Positions 57,040 through 64,000 of a stretch of DNA of 64,000 bases are shown here, in pieces. The position numbers were made by a program, and so were the translations under genes. The stretch is from Thermoanaerobaculia bacterium (GTDB lineage: Bacteria > Acidobacteriota > Thermoanaerobaculia > UBA5066). Each line of letters begins with the position of its first letter. Within the stretch, counting starts at the first letter, position 1. The DNA lies in the NCBI GenBank assembly GCA_963719225.1, contig CAVRAY010000001.1:1792001-1856000 (forward strand), in the 5' to 3' direction. A model generated the notes under the pieces. It did no database searches, was not told the origin of the DNA, and saw only the letters and a list, made by a program, of their open reading frames with translations.

Positions 57040-58592
57040 CTCACCCGGCTTCTTGCCGGCGCGGCGCGCTCGCCGCGGGCCGTACGGCTGTCCGGTCTCT
57101 CTCCGGAATCCTCGTCGCCTCGATCCTCCTGACTCCGGCCTCGTGCCGGAAGCCACAGCCGGGGGCCGCTCCCGAAACGTCGCCGGCGGCCCCGCGCGGC
57201 GACGGTCTCTTTCTCGCCGAGGCGCCGGCTTTCGTGCCGGACGACGTCGACGCCGAGCTCGGATCGATGCGGATCGTGCGCCTCTACGTACCCGCCGCGA
57301 CGCTCTCCCGCGCGGGAATCGTCAAGCCCCTGCCGCCTCCTCCGTCGCCGCTCAAGCGGCCGCTCGTGCTGACCGTCATCGGCGAGGAGGGGGCGGCGGC
57401 GAGCGTCACGGGCCGCGGAGAGGCGATGGGCGCGGAATGGGCCCGCTCCCTGGCCCCGATCCTCGGCGACGCAAGGAGCTGGGGGACCGTGGAAGGCGTC
57501 CATTTTCACCTGTGGCCGTCGCCCGAGCTGGCCAAGGATCTCGGTGCCGCGCTCGCGTCCGCTCGGAAGGGACTCGGCGTCCCGGTTTCCGTCACGCTTC
57601 CGCCCTCGGCCGAGCCGGACAGATGGAAACCCCTCGCGGGTGCGGCAAGCGAAGCCCTCGTTCTGGCGTTCGGGCGGCGACCGGAGCTCGGAGGACAGCT
57701 CGTGAGCGAGTGGTCCGAAGAGAACGCGCGCGCTTTTCCGCTCCCGTTCCGGCTGCTGGTGGTTTTCGGCGGATACGGTTACGCGGGGGACGGGACGACT
57801 TTCGCGGGCCGCATCCTGCCGGACGGAATGATCGACGAATTCTCCAAGGATCGCGCTCTCGACTTCCACTTCGGGCAGGTCTTCTCCTCGGAGCCCGGCA
57901 CCATCTGCATCTTCAAGCCAAAGGCGGGATCGAGAGGCTCCTCCCTCGCCGCGGACGGCGGCTACGCGCGTTTCCAGGCTCTGACGGTCGGCGAGGCGCT
58001 GCGTTTCCTGGTGCGAGCGGCGCGCTGGTCCATCCCGAACCTCCGAGGGCGCGTCTTCCTCGTCGAAGGAGTGCCGAAGGACGGCCACCTGGTGGGCTAC
58101 CCGGCCGTGCGGGCTCTCCTGACCGGAAAGGCGCTCGAGGCCCGGCTCGAGGTCGAGGCGCTTCCGGGCGAATCGGGGCGCGGAAACGCGGAATTCGCCC
58201 TGCGGGTCACGAACGTAGGCCCGACGCCGACCGATCTTTCGCATTACAACAACTGGGTTCAGATCCGGGTCGACGGCGGTACGGTGGCGAGCGTGAAGCC
58301 CGGGGACTTCGACCGGTACGAGCAGCTGACTTCCGAGGCGGAGGGGTACAGGCCGACGAGCTCGAGCCGGGCCGTCGTATGCCGTCTCTTCGAGAACATC
58401 TTCGCGTCCGGCGAAAAGAACCAGTCCGGTCCGATACGCCTGTCCGGAACGCATCCGCGGGTTTTTCTCAGCTGGCACGTCACCCTGCCGGACGGGAAGC
58501 TGGTGTCCGGGCCGGAGACCGAGGCGACCGTGACGGTCCCGCCTCCGGCCGCGCCCGCACCGAAGCCGAGGCCTCGAAGCCGCAGGCGCTAG
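57036..58592 (+). CDS. Hypothetical lipoprotein
   Basis: Lipobox-like LLTPASC after a hydrophobic stretch; alpha/beta core; beta-rich C-terminal domain; GTGA overlap with the kinase stop. Confidence 0.65.
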   Translation: MTHPASCRRGALAAGRTAVRSLSGILVASILLTPASCRKPQPGAAPETSPAAPRGDGLFLAEAPAFVPDDVDAELGSMRIVRLYVPAATLSRAGIVKPLPPPPSPLKRPLVLTVIGEEGAAASVTGRGEAMGAEWARSLAPILGDARSWGTVEGVHFHLWPSPELAKDLGAALASARKGLGVPVSVTLPPSAEPDRWKPLAGAASEALVLAFGRRPELGGQLVSEWSEENARAFPLPFRLLVVFGGYGYAGDGTTFAGRILPDGMIDEFSKDRALDFHFGQVFSSEPGTICIFKPKAGSRGSSLAADGGYARFQALTVGEALRFLVRAARWSIPNLRGRVFLVEGVPKDGHLVGYPAVRALLTGKALEARLEVEALPGESGRGNAEFALRVTNVGPTPTDLSHYNNWVQIRVDGGTVASVKPGDFDRYEQLTSEAEGYRPTSSSRAVVCRLFENIFASGEKNQSGPIRLSGTHPRVFLSWHVTLPDGKLVSGPETEATVTVPPPAAPAPKPRPRSRRR

Positions 58593-59587
58593 ACGAGCCA
58601 GCCCCTCTCCAGGACGGCCTGCTCGGCGAGCCGCACCGCGAGCAGAGCCCCCGCGCGCCTCAGGTGGTCGGCCGCGAGGGTGAGCGCCACGCTCCGCCCC
58701 GACATCTCGCAGCGCAGGAGCAGCGTCTCGTCGCGCCCGGCCGATTCCACGGGTCCGGAAAGATCCTCGGGGTCGACGACGTCGAAGGCGTGTTTGTGCG
58801 CGCGGAAGAGTGCGAGAAGGGTCTCCGAATCCGGAGCCGCACCATCGAGGCGCAGCTCGACGCGCAGGAAATGGCCGTGAAACACGCCGCCGCGAGCCGA
58901 CAGAACCGCCGTGGGGAGCGGCCTCCCGAGGAGGGCCTCGAGATCCTCCCCGACGCTCTTCTCGAACGTGCCGGAGTCGGGGGGCACCCAGAAATTGAAG
59001 GCCCCCTGCGTCTCGAGGATCTCCTTCGGGAGCGGGCGGAAGGTCGCGAGCGCGAGGGCCTGCTGGAAGAGCTCGTCGAGGGCGGCCTTGCCGAGCTCGC
59101 TCACGGGGCGGTCCACCGCTGCGGTGACGCCGGCGACGGGGACGACCGTCTCGACGAGACGGATCGTCTCGGCGAGGACGAACGCGACGGGGTGAGGCGT
59201 GAGGAAGAGGTTCCCTTCCGGGAGCGTTTTCGACTCGACGCCCTCCGAAGGCACGACGAGCGGCTGGCCGTTGCGGACGCCCGAGAGATCGATCGCCAGA
59301 GCGTCGTCTTTCCTCGTCGCGAGGAAACGGGCCGTGTCGGCGGCACTTCCGCACAGGAACGCGATCCGGCTCGTCTCGAGGGCGTCGGGCGTCAGCGGGG
59401 CCACGAAGGCGACCTCGTCGTCGTCGGCGGCCAGGAGGCCCGTGTCTCCCGAGGCCTGGTGAAAGAGGTGAACGCGCGACGCGGGAAACTTCCGCTCCGT
59501 CAAGGCGGCTCGGACGTCGCGGCCGAGAAGCGTCGTCGGCTCCACGAGAGCGACGACGAGGCCTGATCCGGGCGCCGCCTGGGTCAA
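58589..59587 (-). CDS. Asd/ArgC dimerisation-domain protein, degenerate Asd homologue
   Basis: IDLSG, PVSELGK.ALDEL..Q, AFN, GVFHGH, ADHLR; lacks GxxGxxG and the catalytic Cys. Confidence 0.75.
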   Translation of the reverse strand: MTQAAPGSGLVVALVEPTTLLGRDVRAALTERKFPASRVHLFHQASGDTGLLAADDDEVAFVAPLTPDALETSRIAFLCGSAADTARFLATRKDDALAIDLSGVRNGQPLVVPSEGVESKTLPEGNLFLTPHPVAFVLAETIRLVETVVPVAGVTAAVDRPVSELGKAALDELFQQALALATFRPLPKEILETQGAFNFWVPPDSGTFEKSVGEDLEALLGRPLPTAVLSARGGVFHGHFLRVELRLDGAAPDSETLLALFRAHKHAFDVVDPEDLSGPVESAGRDETLLLRCEMSGRSVALTLAADHLRRAGALLAVRLAEQAVLERGWLV

Positions 59588-60336
59588 GCGGAGGCGTCTT
59601 TCGGTCGACCGCGCAGGAATCCGGCGAGTCGCGCAAGCGGCGCCGAGGCGGCGTACGTCACGAGCAGGCCCGCGAGCGCGTACTGGCGGAGCCACCAGAT
59701 GAGGCCGAGGACCGCGGCAAAGAGGAGGAAGTAGAGCCGCCCGCGCCGGGACTTCGTGTCGACGTCCTTGAACGACCGGTACCGGAACGTCGACACCATG
59801 AGGAACGCGAGCACGGCCGTCACGCCGAGGAAAACGGCGCGCAGCGTGTCCGTGAGCGTGGTGTCCGGCACGGCCCAGATGAGCCCGCAGAGCGCGCCCG
59901 CGGCCGACGGGATCGGCAGGCCGACGAACCAGCGCTTGTCGATGACGTGGATCTGCACGTTAAACCGGGCGAGGCGCGACGCCCCGCAAACGACGAAGAG
60001 GAACGAGACGACCAGCCCCGCGCGGCCGAAGCCCGTGAGCCCCCACCGGTAGACGAGAAATGCGGGCGCGACGCCGAAGCTCACGATGTCCGCGAGGGAG
60101 TCGAGCTGCTCGCCGAACGCCGACGTCGTCCCCGTCCAACGCGCGATGCGTCCGTCCAGGCCGTCCAGAATGGCCGCGAGGAACACGAGCTTCGCGGCGT
60201 ACTCGAAGGCGCCCTGTGTGGACGCATCGATCGACAGGTATCCGCAGAGAATGTTTCCCGCGGTGAAGAGCGCGGGCAGCGCATAGACCCCTCGGCGCAC
60301 CCCGCGCCGCGGGGCGGACGAAGGCGAATCGGTCAA
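59584..60336 (-). CDS. pssA: CDP-diacylglycerol-serine O-phosphatidyltransferase
   Basis: DGLDGRIAR...S.FGEQLDSLAD.VSFGVAP, RLARFN, FVGLPIP. Confidence 0.92.
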   Translation of the reverse strand: MTDSPSSAPRRGVRRGVYALPALFTAGNILCGYLSIDASTQGAFEYAAKLVFLAAILDGLDGRIARWTGTTSAFGEQLDSLADIVSFGVAPAFLVYRWGLTGFGRAGLVVSFLFVVCGASRLARFNVQIHVIDKRWFVGLPIPSAAGALCGLIWAVPDTTLTDTLRAVFLGVTAVLAFLMVSTFRYRSFKDVDTKSRRGRLYFLLFAAVLGLIWWLRQYALAGLLVTYAASAPLARLAGFLRGRPKDASA

Positions 60337-60343
60337 AGGGGGC

Positions 60344-60580
60344 CTAGTGGGCCGAGACGCGCGCGCGGTGCTCGCGCACGATCTCTTCCATCCGGTCTTT
60401 CAGGTGCAGTTTGTGTTTCTTCAGGCGCTTCTCCTCGATCTCTTCGTCCGTGGAGAGGAAAGTCTTCGAGGCGAGCTCGGCGAGCCGCTTTTCGTGATCG
60501 TGATGGTCACGCAGCAGGGTGCGAAATTCCTCGTTCTGGCTCGCGAGCTCGTGCTTGACCTCGTCCGTGATGGTCTGCAT
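60344..60580 (-). CDS. DUF465/YdcH-family small coiled-coil protein
   Basis: EF..L...H...EKRL..L...E.EEKRLKK.KL.LKD. Confidence 0.85.
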   Translation of the reverse strand: MQTITDEVKHELASQNEEFRTLLRDHHDHEKRLAELASKTFLSTDEEIEEKRLKKHKLHLKDRMEEIVREHRARVSAH

Positions 60581-60604
60581 CGACACCTCCTCGGGTGAAA
60601 TTGG

Positions 60605-61111
60605 TCAGGAACCGGAGTCTCCCTTCATGGCCGGGGGGCCGTCAAGGCGACGGGGCCCCGAGAGTTTCCGGACCATGACGAGAGCATCCTCTCCGTCGAA
60701 GTAATAGCGCGCGCGGCGCCCGGTCTCGGTGAACCCGAGGCCCGCGTAAAAGGCCTGCGCCCTGTGGTTCGAGACGCGCACCTCGAGGTACATCTCCTCG
60801 GCCTCGACGCGCGAGGCGAACGCGAAGACCTCATCCATGAGCGCCGAGGCGACTCCTTGCCGCCGAAAGACCGGGGCGACCGCGATCTTGTTCACGTGAA
60901 CTTCGCCCCCCGCGTAAGCGCAGAAGACGTAGCCCGCGAGGGCTCCGCCGCAAAGGGCCACGCGGTTGAACCGCCAGGGTGCTCCGATTTCGACCTCGAA
61001 GTACTCGCGCTTCCAGGGCACCGGAAAGGAAATGCGCTCGAGGTCCGCAACCCCGTCGAGGTCCGCGTGGCGCGCGTCCCGCAGCGTCAGGGGCTCCGGA
61101 AGGGCGCTCAC
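60605..61111 (-). CDS. rimI: Ribosomal protein alanine N-acetyltransferase
   Basis: LERISFP.PW, IAV.P.FRRQG, LEVRVSN..A..FY, R.RYY..GEDA. Confidence 0.92.
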   Translation of the reverse strand: MSALPEPLTLRDARHADLDGVADLERISFPVPWKREYFEVEIGAPWRFNRVALCGGALAGYVFCAYAGGEVHVNKIAVAPVFRRQGVASALMDEVFAFASRVEAEEMYLEVRVSNHRAQAFYAGLGFTETGRRARYYFDGEDALVMVRKLSGPRRLDGPPAMKGDSGS

Positions 61112-61710
61112 GGAGTTTCCGGGGCCTCCAGGCGGAACCTCTTTTCCTCGGCCGCGCTCGGCCTTCCATAGACGACGGTGTGCGCGCCGCTCCGATCGCA
61201 CGCGGCGAGACGTCCGGCGGCGGCCGCGAGCGGCAGATTCTCCCGTCCGAGATCCACGACGAAACGCCCCCGGGAGGCAGCGTCCGCTTCCACTTCGAGC
61301 CGGGAGCGGGGAGGAACCGCCTCCCCGACGCGGCCAGAGACGCGCTCGGCGGCATGGACGTCGCCCCGGCCGGCATCCAGAACGAAGACGGCGTTCGCGG
61401 GGTCGGGCCTGGCCTCGCCGGCGGCGTCGAACGTCGGAACGAGGACGAGAGAAATGCCGCGCCCCCGGGCAAGCCCGCGTGCGAACGCGAGGCCCGCCCG
61501 CAGCCCGGTGAAGGAACCAGGCCCGGAAACGACGGCGATCCGCTCCAGATCGCGGACGGTCCGGCAGGCGTCGGCGAGAAGAGCCTCCACCGCGGTCGGG
61601 AGGCTTTCGGCCGCGTTGGGAGGAAGAATCCGGACCATCTCGGAGCCGTCAGCGCCTCCGATTGCCAGAGAGGGGAAAGGCGAGGCCGTGTCGAGCGAAA
61701 GGATGAGCAT
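61108..61710 (-). CDS. tsaB: t6A biosynthesis protein TsaB
   Basis: LSLDTA, GPGSFTGLR.G, DAGRG. Confidence 0.92.
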   Translation of the reverse strand: MLILSLDTASPFPSLAIGGADGSEMVRILPPNAAESLPTAVEALLADACRTVRDLERIAVVSGPGSFTGLRAGLAFARGLARGRGISLVLVPTFDAAGEARPDPANAVFVLDAGRGDVHAAERVSGRVGEAVPPRSRLEVEADAASRGRFVVDLGRENLPLAAAAGRLAACDRSGAHTVVYGRPSAAEEKRFRLEAPETP

Positions 61711-61748
61711 CCGCCGCCTCCCCGCGATGCTAGCATCCCGGCCTCCAC

Positions 61749-64000
61749 ATGCGCGCGACGCCCATGCTCGAGCAGTACTGGGCTCTCAAGCGGGAGGCGG
61801 GTGACGCTCTCCTTCTCTACCGCCTCGGCGATTTCTACGAGATGTTCTTCGAGGATGCCGCCTACGCGGCGCCGCTCCTCGGCCTCGTCCTGACCGCGCG
61901 CCACAAGGACAGTGACGTCGAGGCTCCGATGTGCGGCATTCCCCAGCACTCCCTCGAGCCCTACCTCGCGCGGCTCGTCGCGGCGGGCAAGAAGGTTGCC
62001 ATCAGCGAGCAGACCGAGGCGCCGGCGAAGGGGCGGACTCTCGTGGAACGCAAGATCGTCCGGATCGTCACGCCCGGCACGATCGTGGACCCCGAACGCC
62101 TCGATGCGCGGCGGCCCAACGAGATGGCCGCCGTCACCTGGAACGGCGACGGCGCGGCCGTGTCCACGCTCGACCTTTCGACGGGTGATTTCGTGGTCGT
62201 GAAGCTGTCCGATCGGGCGTCCCTCACGGAGTGGTTGCTGCGCCGGATGCCCCGGGAGCTCGTCGTCTTCCCGTCCGACCGGACCGTGGCCGAGGCACTC
62301 GCGTCGTCTCTCGCCGCATCCGGGGCCGAGGCGCCGTCTCTCACCGCGTTGAGGGAAGAGTCGCCGCGGGGGGCCGGGGCCGTGGACCTCCTGAAACGGC
62401 ATTTCCGCACGGCGACTCTCGAGCCGTTCGGCCTGACCGGGGCGGGCGCGGCCGCCGACGCGGCTGCGGCTTTGCTCTCGTATGCGCGAACGACGCAGCG
62501 CGCCGACTGCGACCACGTGCGCTCGCTGCGGTCCGAGTCGCCCGACGACGGGCTCGTCGTCGACACCGTGACGGCGGGACACCTCGAGCTGTTCCGGTCG
62601 GCGCGTGACGGCGGCTCGAAGGGCACGCTGTTCTCGCTCCTGGATCGCACGGGCACGTCCTTCGGTGCGCGGACGCTCCGGCGTCTCGTCGAAAGGCCGC
62701 TCGGACGGCGCGCCGGCATCGAAGCGCGTCTGGACGGCGTCGAAGAGCTTCAGGAGGACGCGGCGCGTCTCGAGAGTCTCGCCTCGGCGTTCCGGGAGAT
62801 TCCCGATCTCCCGCGCCTCCTCGCGCGCCTCGCGGTCGGCGCCGGCACGCCGCGCGACCTGGCAGCGCTCGGGGGCGGTCTCGTGCGCGCCGGCCGTCTC
62901 GGTACACACCTCGGCGAGGCGCGGGCGCCGATTCTCGCGCCCGGCGGCGACGCCTCGCCCGAAGGGGTGCCGTTCGCGTTGGGCGAATCGATCGCGAGGA
63001 GGGTCGTGCCGGAACCGCCGCTTCATGCGCGCGAAGGTGGGATCTTTCGCGACGGCGTGGATCCCTCCGTGGACGAGGTGCGCGCTCTGCGCCGCGAGTC
63101 CGCGTCGATCCTCGCGCGCATCGAAGGGGCGGAGCGCAGCGCGCGGGGCATCGCGACGCTGCGCGTCAAGTTCAACCAGGTCGTCGGCCACGTCTTCGAG
63201 GTCCCCGCTTCGGCCCGGGCGCGCATCCCGGCGGACGCGCTCAAGAGGCAGACCCTGGCGAACGTGGAGCGCTACGCGACGCCCGAGCTCGTCGAGGTGG
63301 ACGAGAAGCTTCGCTCAGCCGACGCGCGTCTCGCGACCCGAGAGCAGGAGCTGTTTCTCGCGCTCGTTGCCGAGATCGTCGCCGAGTCCGCGCGCATCCT
63401 GGGATCCTGCGCGCGCCTCGGGCTCCTCGACGCGTTCGTCTCGCTCGCGCGCACGGCGCGGGCCGGCGGCTGGGTCCGGCCGCGGGTCGTGGACGAGCCG
63501 GTGCTCGTCGTGGAGGGCGGACGCCATCCCGTCGTGGAAGCGCTGCGGCCGCGCGAGCCCTTCGTCCCGAACGACGCTTCGCTCGGGGGCGACGGCGAGC
63601 ATCTCGTCGTTCTCACAGGCCCGAACATGGGCGGCAAGTCGACGTACCTGAGGCAGAACGCGCTTCTCGTCCTGCTCGCGCACGCGGGCTCTTTCGTGCC
63701 CGCGGTCTCGGCCACGATCGGCCTCACGGACCGCATCTTCACGCGCGTCGGCGCGTCGGACTCGCTCATCAAGGGCGAATCGACTTTCCTCGTGGAGATG
63801 GCCGAAACGGCGCACATCCTGAGGCACGCGACGGCGCACAGCCTCGTCATCCTCGACGAGATCGGGCGCGGCACCTCGACGTTCGACGGGCTCTCGCTCG
63901 CGTGGGCGATCGCCGAGCACCTCCACGACCAGGGAGTCCGGCGCGTGCTTTTCGCGACGCATTACCACGAGCTGACGGAGATGGCGCTCGTGAAGCCCGA
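61749..64000 (+). CDS. mutS: DNA mismatch repair protein MutS (partial, runs off the window)
   Basis: Manual translation: TPMLEQY...FYRLGDFYEMFFEDA, TGPNMGGKST, STFLVEM, DEIGRGTST.DG, FATHYHEL; not in the ORF track. Confidence 0.97.
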   Translation, partial: MRATPMLEQYWALKREAGDALLLYRLGDFYEMFFEDAAYAAPLLGLVLTARHKDSDVEAPMCGIPQHSLEPYLARLVAAGKKVAISEQTEAPAKGRTLVERKIVRIVTPGTIVDPERLDARRPNEMAAVTWNGDGAAVSTLDLSTGDFVVVKLSDRASLTEWLLRRMPRELVVFPSDRTVAEALASSLAASGAEAPSLTALREESPRGAGAVDLLKRHFRTATLEPFGLTGAGAAADAAAALLSYARTTQRADCDHVRSLRSESPDDGLVVDTVTAGHLELFRSARDGGSKGTLFSLLDRTGTSFGARTLRRLVERPLGRRAGIEARLDGVEELQEDAARLESLASAFREIPDLPRLLARLAVGAGTPRDLAALGGGLVRAGRLGTHLGEARAPILAPGGDASPEGVPFALGESIARRVVPEPPLHAREGGIFRDGVDPSVDEVRALRRESASILARIEGAERSARGIATLRVKFNQVVGHVFEVPASARARIPADALKRQTLANVERYATPELVEVDEKLRSADARLATREQELFLALVAEIVAESARILGSCARLGLLDAFVSLARTARAGGWVRPRVVDEPVLVVEGGRHPVVEALRPREPFVPNDASLGGDGEHLVVLTGPNMGGKSTYLRQNALLVLLAHAGSFVPAVSATIGLTDRIFTRVGASDSLIKGESTFLVEMAETAHILRHATAHSLVILDEIGRGTSTFDGLSLAWAIAEHLHDQGVRRVLFATHYHELTEMALVKP

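Noticed and set aside
1-64000. CRISPR arrays, rRNA, IS transposases, known riboswitches
   Set aside because: None recognised by eye; a covariance-model scan would be needed to exclude riboswitches.

Overview
High-GC bacterial chromosomal segment; gene content and style suggest Acidobacteriota, possibly Thermoanaerobaculia-like (inference). From left to right: (1) reductive pyrimidine/beta-alanine catabolism genes running into a panB-panE-panC-coaX-coaBC operon with no panD; (2) an accessory region (about 11.8-18.5 kb) with three toxin-antitoxin pairs, a frameshifted gene, and an ECF sigma factor / zinc anti-sigma-TPR gene pair followed by an unannotated 41-aa peptide gene and two identically spaced copies of an ECF-type promoter motif; (3) a full pho/pst locus with 11-bp-periodic Pho-box-like repeats that also precede a candidate sRNA, a Zn-ribbon protein and a PHP-phosphoesterase/glycosyltransferase pair; (4) rtcB, ppx, tRNA-Glu, tRNA-Lys, an S9 peptidase, purA, hutH; (5) a lipid-granule-like cluster (PhaR, phasins, patatin, acyltransferase, SCP2-like, double ArsA-type ATPase) with no PHA synthase in the window; (6) hutU, a giant orphan histidine kinase, a degenerate Asd homologue, pssA, rimI, tsaB and partial mutS. 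The best candidate for an undescribed system is the ECF sigma / ZAS-TPR / small-peptide module at 14.1-16.7 kb. All family calls come from reading motifs by eye; no database searches were run.
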